Positions 24,900-35,585 of a DNA stretch of 64,000 bases are shown in pieces. The notes below the pieces were generated by a model. It saw nothing but the letters and a program-made list of their open reading frames with translations, made no database searches and had not been told where the DNA came from. This stretch comes from Octopus sinensis. Its lineage: Eukaryota. Numbering within the stretch: the stretch's first letter is position 1; each line of letters begins with the position of its first letter. The translations under genes and the position numbers were made by a program. The DNA is taken from contig NC_042998.1 of NCBI RefSeq assembly GCF_006345805.1, positions 26,350,001 through 26,414,000 on the forward strand. Reading direction: 5' to 3'.

Positions 24900-26248
24900 A
24901 TAAGATGCACCAAGTGTAAGCTATGGACACATAAGAGATGCAGCAATGTCAAAGGAAGGCTAACTAGGAAGATGGTTTTTGTATGTGGCAGATGCTCAGG
25001 AACAATAAACACTGAAATGCTCTGAGACCAACTTCCGTCACTTCCAGGGAGAAAAACTAGAAATAGTTGATAGTTTCCGTTACCTAGGTGACCAAGTCAG
25101 CAGCGGGGGTGGGTGTGCTGAAAGTGTAACTGCTAGAGTAAGAATAGCTTGGGCAAAGTTCAGAGAGCTCTTACCTCTGCTGGTGACAAAAGGCCTCTCG
25201 CACAGAGTGAAAGGCAGACTGTATGATGCGTGTGTACGAACAGCCATGCTACATGGCAGTGAAACATGGGCCGTGACTGCTGAGGATATGCGTAAGCTCG
25301 CTAGAAATGAAGCCAGTATGCTCCGATGGATGTGTAATGCCGGTACTCACACTCGGCAGAGTGTAAGTACCTTGAGAGAAAAGCTGGACCTAAGAAGCAT
25401 CAGTTGTGGTGTGCAAGAGAGACGTTTGCGCTGGTATGGTCATGTGGCGAGAATGGATGAAGATAGTTGTGTGAAAAAGTGCCACACCCTAGCGGTTGAG
25501 GGAACCTGTGGAAGAGGCAGACCCAGGAAAACCTGGGACGAGGTGGTGAAGCACGACCTTCGAACTTTAGGTCTCACTGAGGAAATGACTAGAGACCAAG
25601 ACCTCTGGAAGTGTGCTGTGCGCGAGAAGACCCGGCAGGACAAGTGAGTCCACAACCCGTGGCCTTCTACATGGGATGGAGCCAGCCTACGTATGCATAC
25701 CTTCCCTTCTTGGGACACAAAACTCTACTTGTGAAGACGTGTTGAGGCAAGTGAGGATCAGAATCGAAATCGATCAATGGAAATTGCGGATGTGCTACCA
25801 GTGCCGGTGGCATGTCGAAACTCTGCTTGTGAAGACCCATTGAGGCAAGCGAGGATCAGAATCGAAATCGATCAATGGAAATTGCAGATGTGTTACCAGT
25901 GCCGGTGGCATGTAAGAGAACTTTCCGTTTCGCGACCGTTGCCAGCACCGCCCCGTTTCGTGTCCGTTGCCAGCCTCGCCTGGCCCTCGTGCCGGTGGCA
26001 CATAAAAAGCACCATCCGTTCGTGGCCGTTTGCCAGCTCTGTCTGGCACCAGTGCGGGTGGCACGTAAAAAGCACCCACTACACTCACGGAGTGGTTGGC
26101 GTTAGGAAGGGCATCCAGCCGTAGAAACACTGCCAGATTTGACTGGGCCTGATGAAGCCTTCTGGCTTCACAGACCCCAGTAGAACCGTCCAACCCATGC
26201 TAGCATGGAAAACGGACGCTAAATGATGATGATGATGATGATGATGAT
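24900..26248 (+). mobile_element. 5'-truncated RTE-superfamily LINE: ORF2 C-terminus, 3'UTR and (GAT)n tail
   Basis: RCTKCKLWTHKRC...FVCGRC; GEKLEIVDSFRYLGD...WAKFRELLPLL; KGRLYDACVRTAMLHGSETW; RRLRWYGHVARM; GRGRPRKTW; frameshifted near 25020-25045; the 3'UTR is the family C sequence. Confidence 0.92.
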
Positions 26249-26544
26249 AATTTCTGTAAAAACAATTAAGATTCAAGTGAGTTCCAATGAATTCACATGA
26301 ATGTGGTACTTAACTTAGATGCACCAGAAATCTGTATGGTATTAACCATAAAATAATGTGGGGTGATTATAAACAAGAAAAAAGCAACAAGAATGGATTA
26401 GTTGTTCAGTACAACTGTTTCATACGAAGAACAGCTTATTAAAAGCTATTTGCAGCTTTTGATAAAGCTGTTCTTCGTATGAAACAATTGTACTGAACAA
26501 CTAATCCATTCTTGTTGCTTTTTTCTTGTATATATATATATATA

Positions 26545-26755
26545 GTAAATCCAAAATAAAAACGAAGAACAAACACAAGAAAAAAACAACATGAGGACGT
26601 GGTACAAGGCAAAGTATTAGCAGATGCTCAGGGAAGGAAAGAAAGGTGGTTTTACATTTCGAGCAAAGTTATTCTTCAGAAACAGGAGACAGAGGGAAGT
26701 CCAAGAGAAAAGGAAGACGAGGGAAAAAATCACCAACGATTCACATGTTGTTTTA
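26545..26755 (-). mobile_element. (TA)n-flanked ~210-bp Penelope-like mini-element with a hammerhead-like motif at 26649-26683
   Basis: Minus strand GTTT-CTGAAGA-ATAAC-TTT-GCTC-GAAAT-GT-A-AAAC; (TA)n on both sides. Confidence 0.55.
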
Positions 26756-27321
26756 TATATATATATATACACAAATAAATATATTGTACAGTGCTGATTA
26801 AGTGATAAAGATGGTCAAAAATATTATCAGAAGTTTGGAGAAAATATAAAACTAAAGTTAATGGATATAAATAACAGAGAAAAAAAATAAATTACCCACA
26901 CAAGTTTACACAACTGATATTTAACAAATTATCCTAGAATGACCCTTGTAGCTAGCAATTTTAAATAGCAACTAAATGCTTGAGTTGTCTTTTAGGTTAA
27001 CATATGACAAATGTCAAATTATTTTGTCAATGAGTGCCACTAAAAAATACAGCATTCAGTTACACATACAGTTTATTTAAATGGGTTTTGGTATTGAGAA
27101 TAATATTCTTCTAATAGTTTTCTTTCTACTTACGACTAATTACTAAAACAATGTGCTTCCTTTTTTTTTTCGTAATGCATTCATTCTCTCTTTCTTTCTC
27201 TCTCTCTCTCTCAAATTAATTATGTTCTGTTTTAATAAAGTTTTCAGGTGTCATTGGTGTTTGTGTCAAAATTAATTGTGCTAGAATACTTGCATATATG
27301 AATGTAGATTTCTGGAAATGT

Positions 27322-27882
27322 TGTTGGCATCCTTTTTGTCTCAGGAGACAATGGAGTTACGCATAAAATAATCTAGTCCAGCTTTTACATTTCATGTCCT
27401 AATACATCTCCTGTTGTGGCTGTGTAGTCCTATCCTGGACAAACACTCCCTCTGGCAGGTGCCGCAAATGTAACAAAGACTTTGCCTGGCTGGTTGTAAT
27501 GTCATACTTTCTTGTTGACGTCTTTTCTTGTCTTTCCATTTCTCCTCTCTCCCTCTGTCACTCCTTTGTGTTCCCTCTTTTACGGTACGTCGCCAATCTC
27601 CATGGTTACTAGCAACTGCTTTCCAGTTCCTAATATCGATGCCACAGGCCTTCATGTCCCTTTTGCAAACATCCTTGTATAGTAAGAATGATCTTCCCAC
27701 AGACCTAGTGCCCCTAGCAAGCTCTCGGTAGAGTATGTCCTTGGGGATTCCGCCATCTTCCATACGGCTAACATGTCCAAGCCATCTCATACGTCTTTGT
27801 GTGAGGAGTGCAAACATGCTTATTATTCCTGCTTGCTTGAGGACATCTTTGTTGGGAACATGATTCTGCCATTTGATGCCAA
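27322..27882 (-). mobile_element. 5'-truncated RTE-BovB-type LINE with target-site duplication
   Basis: Open frame GIKWQNHVPNKDVL...RRMRWLGHVSRMEDGGIPKDILYREL...CGTCQRECLSRIGLHSHNRRC; 3' hairpin TTGTCTC-CT-GAGACAA and CAACA tail; AGATT(T)TCTGGAAATGT at 27306-27321 and 27883-27899. Confidence 0.9.
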
Positions 27883-27939
27883 AGATTTTCTGGAAATGTG
27901 TTGTGTGCATATCTCATGCCCTTGCTGGAGCCACGTAAT

Positions 27940-28162
27940 GAGCACTTTTGCCGGTCCTACATAAAAAGCATTTGTGCTGGTGTCATGTGAAAAGCACCAG
28001 TACACCCTGTAAAGTGACTGGTATTAGGAAGGGCACCCAGCTGTAGAAACCATGGTAAATCAGACAATTGGAGCCTGGTGCTGCTCTCTGGCTGGCCAGC
28101 ACCTGTCAAACCATCCAACTTGTGCTGGCATGGAAAATAGATGTTAAATGATGATGATGATG
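27940..28162 (+). mobile_element. Diverged family C tail
   Basis: GGAAGGGCACCCAGCTGTAGAAAC...ATGATGATG. Confidence 0.75.
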
Positions 28163-28262
28163 AAAAGGTATATTTTTAACATTCCCCCAAAACAGTCCCA
28201 TTTAAGTTATAAATAGATGAAAATTCACACTCCAATGCACATATGCTAAAGGAAAACCTTAA

Positions 28263-28475
28263 CCCTTTGGCATTTAAAGCAGCCATATCCAGTTCAAATA
28301 GTTTAATTGTTATATGTTCAAACTGGGCAGATCTGGGGTCTTACACCTATCCTATAATGTCGTTTTAAAAATAAACATCATCAAAACCTCAAAGCTACAA
28401 GGTAATATATTATTATTTTTTTTAAATGCAAATAAATAAGCATTAGATTTGACAAGTAAGCTGAATGCTAAAAAG
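28263..28475. mobile_element. piggyBac-type MITE, second family
   Basis: TTAA-CCCTTTGGCATT ... AATGCTAAAAAG-TTAA. Confidence 0.65.
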
Positions 28476-28527
28476 TTAAGAAACAGCATGCATATATATA
28501 TATATGTGTGTGTGTGTGTGCATGTGT

Positions 28528-28888
28528 AAGGAAAAAGAAAATGGAGAAAACATGGATGTATGAATAATTTATTTGTATGTTATAAAATTGATAATTTCTT
28601 TTAAAGAACATAGCAGTGCAAATAAATTGACTACATGTTGTAAAGCTCGAAAAAAAAAAAAATAAAGGAACCTACATATTTGGTTAAGCACTAAGAAACC
28701 TATGTGATCAACTAGGTGATAGGACTGAAACATATATGTAGGTTCTTTTATTTTATTTTTTTTCGAGCTTTACAACATATAGTCAATTTATTTGTACTGT
28801 TACATTTTTTAAAAGAAATTTTCATCATTTTATAACATACAAATAAATTATTCATACATTTATTTTTTTGTCCATTTTCTTTTTCCTT
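28528..28888. repeat. Fold-back inverted repeat with ~150-bp arms
   Basis: 28528-28679 is an imperfect reverse complement of 28734-28888. Confidence 0.85.
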
Positions 28889-29022
28889 CAATGTTGATAA
28901 TATATAATTTCAGTAATTCCAATGACTTTTGCATTATATGATAGAGATTAACCAGTGGAATATCTTGGATTATATAATCCCTAATGAGGATATAACTTCA
29001 AGTTAACTATATATATATATAT

Positions 29023-29291
29023 TGATAAAAGTGGTAAGACAACAAAAGAATGAAAGAGATCTCAATATTATGTAAATTGAGGAATTTATCTGTAAAAGTA
29101 ATATGTAACAATTATTCGGTAGCCATGATAAAACTCCAAGTTTCGGATGCCAAGGTGGAAATCCACGCCACCATCTCTTCAGTTATCTGGCCATCAGAAA
29201 AAAAGAGATGGCGGTGTGGATTTCCACCTCGGCATCCGAAACTCGGAGTTTTATCATGGTTACTGAATAATTGTCACAAATTACTTTTACA
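29023..29291. mobile_element. Penelope-like hairpin element: ~89-bp inverted arms containing a type I hammerhead motif
   Basis: Arms 29091-29179 and 29202-29291; left (TA)n flank. Confidence 0.7.
29123..29190 (-). ncRNA. Type I hammerhead ribozyme motif
   Basis: CCAGATAA-CTGAAGA-GATGGTGG..CCACCTTGGCATCC-GAAA-CT-TGG-AG-T-T-TTATCATGG: intact core, stems I-III can pair. Confidence 0.65.
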
Positions 29292-29293
29292 TA

Positions 29294-29685
29294 TCTTTAT
29301 ATATAAAAGAGAGGTTGTGTGCTGTCTGTCTCCTACGATTTAAATTCCTAACTACACCCACATTTTGCGGTGCAGTTTAACCTAAACCGGGTATCTTATA
29401 GTTGTGATTCATATCGAGCCCTTCTGGGTATTAGTGCACATCTATGATGAGTCTACGATTTTAAAAAAAATTTACCATCAATTTTTCCCATTTTTAATGC
29501 ATTTTTGGGGGAAGTAACTCTCTAAAAATTTATTATTAAATCTCAGAACGTAATAAGCTACAGTAACACCCCCCCCCAACTTTGTGGTTAGCCATATTGA
29601 GATGGCTATTATACTTTACATCTCTAAAAATGCTTATATAGTTATTTCCCTTACAAACCCGAGCAACGCTGGGCGATACTGCTAG
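29294..29685 (+). mobile_element. Non-autonomous Helitron
   Basis: 5' TC after A, subterminal hairpin CCCGAGCAACGCTGGG, 3' CTAG before T, no TSD. Confidence 0.8.
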
Positions 29686-30994
29686 TATATATATATATAT
29701 GTTTCTATTTGTAGATGCAAATAATTAAATTAGTAAATACCATTTTTTTTTTAAACTGTACATATGGTAAACTGTTAAAAACAATCATGACAATTGTAAG
29801 AAAAAAAAATTTAAGCTAACAATAAAACCATTTGATTTAAAAAACGAAAATGAACAGTTACACTAAAAGTTGGATTTTTCTTCTCCCTTCCATCCTCACC
29901 TAATCTTATCCTTCATTTACTTGTCTGTTGACTTTTATACTTAATTAGTTTTAGTTTTTTTTTTTTTTTTCATCCTGAAACTATTTCATTAAAATAACTA
30001 CTACAAATACAAAAAAAATCTTTCTATTGTAATTTTTACAACAAACATAAAATACTGTAATCTCTGACATGGGATGTGACAGGAAAAAAATTGTCTTGTG
30101 TATTTTAGTCTGTCTAGATTGGTTTTTTTTTTCTTGTTTTCCTTTATGCCTGGCTAATTTTTACCTTCAGTCATCTTCTGAGGTCAATTAAATGAATATC
30201 AAACAAAGCAATCAGGTCGATGTAATATAATTGACTAAAAAAAATTGTAGGCAGTGCTCCAGTATGGCCATGATCCACTGACTAACACCTGTGAAAGAAT
30301 ACTGACACTCTTTGATTGATTTCACTCACATGACTGCAGCCATGCTGGGGCACCAGCTTCAAATGTTTTGGTAGATTAATCAACCTTGGTGTTTATTGAA
30401 TGTGGAAACAGACATGAATATAAGCAACACCACTTCATTAATGATAAATATAAACACACACACACACATCACATGCACACAAATATATAGTACAAGCTTC
30501 TGCATAGTTTCCAGCTACCAAGTTCTATTCTTAAGCTATTGGTCAACCCAGCATTATAGTAAAAGAAGGTATGGCTTACTTCACAACTCATTTGGTTTCA
30601 GGTTTAAAACATTTAAAACAATTAAGGAAAGCATAGCACATGCATCCAAGTCATTCTCGCTTTTGTGCTCTGGTTATGGATATCATAGATGTTAGAGAAC
30701 AGTGAAGTCTTTTGTTCTTTCGGAGTGATTGTGTATAAAAAAAAAATAGCTTGTTGAGATTTAAATATAGTCCTTATAAATGCACCATATCTCAGCAAGG
30801 TTTTTGTTTTGCTTTGTCATTTTGTAGGAAGTGGGGAGGGCTCTTAGTGACACAGGAAGGTATTAGTCTATATGATTCATCAAAAGCTTCCATATCCTCC
30901 TCAGCAGTGTACACAGCCTGCTTTTGATGCTGTGAATGCAGGTAAAAAATATTTAAAAATCAGACAAGATAGCTCTTAAATAAAATATTATTCA

Positions 30995-31180
30995 TGATCA
31001 TCATCATCACCATCATCGTTTAATGTCCGTTCTCCATTCTAGCATGGGTTGGACGGTTCAACCGGGGGATCTGGGAAGCCAGAAGGCTGCACCAGGCTCC
31101 AGTCTGATCTGGCAGTGTTTCTACAGCCGGATGCCCTTCCTAACGCCAACCACTCCGTGAGTGTAGTGGGTGCTTTTTGA
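30995..31180 (-). mobile_element. Family C tail
   Basis: Family match. Confidence 0.85.
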
Positions 31181-31199
31181 AAGGATTATTATTATTATT

Positions 31200-31391
31200 A
31201 AGGCAGCAAGCTGGCAGAATCATTAGTACGCCAAGCAAAATGCTTAGAGGTATTTCATCTGCCACAACATTCTAAGTTCAAATTCTGCTGAGGTCAACTT
31301 TGCTTTCATCCTTTCAGGATCGATCAATTAAATACCAATGAAACACTCCTCCAAAAAATTTCGGACCTTGTGCCTATAGTAGAAAGGATTA

Positions 31392-31443
<52 letters not shown>

Positions 31444-31662
31444 GGCAGTGAGCTGGCAGAATCATCAGCATGCTGGACGAAATGCTTAGCAGCATTTCAT
31501 CTGCCACAACATTCTGAGTTCAAATTCTACTGAGGTCAACTTTATCTTTCATCCTTTCAGGATCGATCAATTAAGTACCAGAATAACACAATATTTTTCA
31601 ATGTAATTGACTAGTCCCCGCCTCCAAAAAGATTTCAGACTTTGTACCTTTAGTAGAAAGGA
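31200..31662 (+). mobile_element. Two tandem SINE-B copies separated and followed by (ATT)n
   Basis: 31200-31390 and 31441-31662. Confidence 0.8.
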
Positions 31663-32232
31663 TTATCATCATCATCATTATTATTATTATATTATTATTA
31701 TTATTATTATTATTAGTGAGTGACTCAGTTGGTGCATGTGTACTGATGTCCACAGATGGTGTTTTATAACTCGTGATTATTACAAAGCAGCAAAATAATG
31801 CAAACCTGCAGTGTTTGCACTAAAGGCTGGGTAAGGGGGGGGGACAGGGTGCAATGATTCAGAAGTAAACTGAGACATTTGCTTCTCATTTCTATTTTTT
31901 ATAATGATTTTTTCTTTTTTGTAATATAAAATATACTTTATTGATGTTTTGACACAGTTATCCAACAAGCCATCAACTTTGCTGTCGTTCAGGTTCAGGT
32001 CAAACAGATCTGTAATCAAAGACTTTCCATCCACGATCATCTTGTCTTTCTTGGATGTGTACATCTATATTATCTACTGTGTCAATTTATTAAAACATTA
32101 AGGTTTGACATGAGGCCTGTACAGCCCTTATTAACCATTCCTTATTAACCAGCAGCAACACGAACATCAAAATAAAAATCAAATGGAAATTGTAGTTAAG
32201 ATGCCCGTGCCGGTGACACGTAAAAAGCACCG

Positions 32233-32460
32233 TTATTTCTTATTTTTATTTTCCTAAAAATTTTCATTGCGTCTTGCAACCTTTTCAAGAGTCTTGAAAA
32301 GGTTGCAAGATGCCAGTAAAATTTCCACTTATTTCTTATTTTATTTTCCTAAAACTTTTCATTGCGTCTTGCAACCTTTTCAAGAGTCTTGAAAAAGTTG
32401 CAAGACGCAATGAAAATTTTTAGAAAAATAAAAATAAGAAATAAGTGGAAATTTTACTGG
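32233..32460. repeat. Nested palindromes
   Basis: Palindrome 32313-32460 centred at 32386 (CAAGA-G-TCTTG), preceded by a truncated copy of itself. Confidence 0.85.
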
Positions 32461-32520
32461 TGAGTGTGTTACATTATAAGGCACAAAAAGAAAATGACTC
32501 TCCCCAGACACAACAGAGTG

Positions 32521-32894
32521 TGTTGTGAATTTATGGAAGAAATCCCATAAAACTCAACAATTTTGATAAAAATGGAGAAGAGAAGATGTTAAAATATATA
32601 AGAGAATTTTAATTCATGCAGATGATCCTTTCGTACAGTGATATAAAAATCATGCAAATTCATGGTTGAATTGAATTAATTAGTGTAAGAAATATAAACA
32701 AATTTCTTTACAAATGACTTGAGAAAAGAAAAAGCACAATAGAATATAGGAGATTCATATTTATCCTTATGAGAAAGTAAGATGTGTGAGTCCAGTTAGG
32801 TATTAACTAAAACTAAAGGCCATAATGGTTATTTGAAAATATATTTATCAAAATTGTTGAGTTTTATGGGATTTTGTCCCATAAATTCATAACA
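32521..32894. mobile_element. MITE-like element with ~50-bp TIRs
   Basis: TGTTGTGAATTTATGG...ATCCCATAAAACTCAACAATTTTGATAAA and its reverse complement at 32844-32894. Confidence 0.7.
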
Positions 32895-33084
32895 CGTCTT
32901 GCAAAGAACTTGCACATGCAAGTGCTACCAGTCAAAAACTCTGAATGCCGGAAGCCATGGGGTCTTCAGGAGAGAATGCGCACCGTTTCGGGGCCTACTT
33001 CTCAATGGCATCAATGCACGTTACCCCACCTCCCCATTGATATGATGCCCCACTTACTAGATCAACTGGTTATCAAATAAAGCT

Positions 33085-33405
33085 CAGTATTCTTCTAGCC
33101 ATTGCTCATCGTCTCTTTTTAACCAAATTAATTGGCTAGCCTTCTCTACTGAAGTTTGGATATCGGTCATCATATACAAGCATACATGTATGTGTGTTTG
33201 TCTCCCCACCATCGCTTGACAATCAATGTTGGTGTGTTTACATCCCCGTAATTTAGCAGTTTGGCAAAAGAAAACCGATAGAATAAGTACCAGGCTTACA
33301 AACAATAAATCCAGGGGTTGATTTCTTTGATTAAAAAGGTAGTACTCCAGCATGGCCACAGTCAAATGGCTGAATGAAGTAAAAAAAGTAGAAGAATAAA
33401 AGAAC
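33085..33405 (+). mobile_element. SINE-A 3' half, diverged
   Basis: GATAGAATAAGTACCAGGCTTACAAACAATAA...CAGCATGGCCACAGTCAAATG. Confidence 0.65.
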
Positions 33406-34069
33406 CCATGTGATGTTGAAAAGACTAAAAGAGGGTATCTGATACCAATTACATATAAGAAGCAAAAAAAAAAAAAAAAAAAAAAAAAGGAAAGAAAGTT
33501 GACAAAGCTGAGTGGTTCAGAAGTTTGCTTCAGAAATATGTGGTTTCAGGTTCAATTCCATAATATGGCACTTTCAGCAACATACAAACATATAATGTGT
33601 GTGTGTGTGTGTATTTTATCACCACTTGACAATCATTATTGGTTTTTGTCCCCCATAACTTATAATAAAAAGGAATACTAATAATGAAGAGGAATACTGG
33701 TGGAATGTTTCAGTAAAAGCCTCAATAAAATGTAAGCACAACAGACCTGATATAAGGATTTGGGATAGAAAAGAGGTTTGGCAAAAATAAATCAACGGAA
33801 TAAGAATTAGATTTCAAAGAAGTAAAAAAACATCTCTGGATTGATTCAATGAACTAAACCTCTCAAAGTTATGCTCCAGTCCAGTGTCTGAAAGCAAGAA
33901 AGGAATAAAAGAGGAGAAAGTCAAAGAACAGCTGAATGTTTCTGTTGTGAAATATATTTTGGAAGCTACCATCGATTGGAAGGTTTTAGTAACGGTTGAT
34001 AGTTCTTTAAGAAGCAGTTGCATCATCAACCACCGTAGCATTTTGAAATCTTTCAAAATGTCATCTCAG

Positions 34070-34105
<36 letters not shown>

Positions 34106-35189
34106 AGAGAACGAAGTGTACGTACGCCGCTATATATATATATATAATAAAATACAGAATGAGACAAGAACGCAAAACATCTGGACAACTAGGTGATACA
34201 AAAAGGGACAACAAAACCGGATGTTTTGCGTTCGTGTCCCATTTTGTATTTTATTTATATATATATATATGTATGTATAACTGATACCATATTTTCTGGT
34301 ATACAAATTGACACAGTATACAGTGTAAACATTCAAACATCATCTCTGTCTTTCCAAATCCTGCAGCATTTTGTATAAGATTTTTTTACTGTTATAAGTC
34401 AAATTGCCTTTGAAAAATTCAACTTGTATATCCTGGAAAATACAGTAGTTTGATATAAGTTTGTAAATGTGAACTAGCTGAGTGGGTAAACTCTCAGATT
34501 ACATGCTCATACAACATGAGTTCAAATCTACTGTAAATATTTTCATTACATTTCAAGGTACAATATCTTACTCTGTCAACATTACTGAAGCTGAACAAAA
34601 GTGGCAGGCAGTCTTTGGTTGGTCATTTCAAATGCAAGAAATAGCAACCAAACCTCTTTTAAATTACATTCTGCATCTCTAACAAAAGGAGAAAATATAA
34701 CCACTAACATACCATGAGATGAATTATGATTGAAAAGCCAGGGTGATCTTAGCTTTTAGCATGCCACTGATTTTGTGGCCTGCTTCACTAGGTCTGCCCC
34801 CTGGCTAAATCCCAACAACATACCAGGAATTAGTGAAAATAAAAGGATCTCATCTGGGAAGGTTATCTAACAAAGTCAGGTTTCCTACTTCTCATACATG
34901 TGTTTTAAATTATTTTTGTCATCATATTAGATGTACCATAGCTATATTGGTTATAGGTTTTCAGTGGCCAGTCACTGGCTCAATGCCTTCTTATCATAAG
35001 ATGTACAAAAGATTGTCTTTGAATCTTAAGTGGAACAGATACCACACACAATATTTAGATTTGGAAGCTATGTATTCGAACAATTTATCACTGATTTTTT
35101 ACATATGTCTCCAATATACATCAAAAGCCATGCACACACACACACACACATGCACGCATACACAAACATACATGCCAGCATACATACAT

Positions 35190-35585
35190 ACATGAGTGGC
35201 TGTGTGGTAAGTAGCTTGTTTACCAACCACATGGTTCTGGGTTCAGTCCCACTGCATGGCACCTTGGGCAAGTGACTTCTACTATAGCCTCGGGCCGACC
35301 AAAGCCTTGTGAGTGGATTTGGTAGACGGAAACTGAAAGAAGCCCGTCGTATATATGTATATATATATATATGCGTATGTGTGTCTGTGTTTGTCCCCCT
35401 AGCATTGCTTGACAACCGATGCTGGTGTGTTTATGTCGCCGTTACTTAGTGGTTCAGCAAAAGAGACTGATAGAATAAGTACTGGGCTTACAAAGAATAA
35501 GTCCCAGGGTGAAGTTGCTCGATTAAAGGTGGTACTCCAGCATGGCCACAGTCAAATGACTGAAACAAGTAAAAGAGTAAAGAGT
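35190..35585 (+). mobile_element. SINE-A, full length
   Basis: Consensus match. Confidence 0.9.

Noticed and set aside
31829-31849. Potential G-quadruplex GGGTAAGGGGGGGGGACAGGG
   Set aside because: Isolated, with no supporting context; the adjacent exon-like segment has stops in all frames
32950-33020. CTGAAGA and GAAAC on the minus strand
   Set aside because: Order and flanks do not allow stem II pairing
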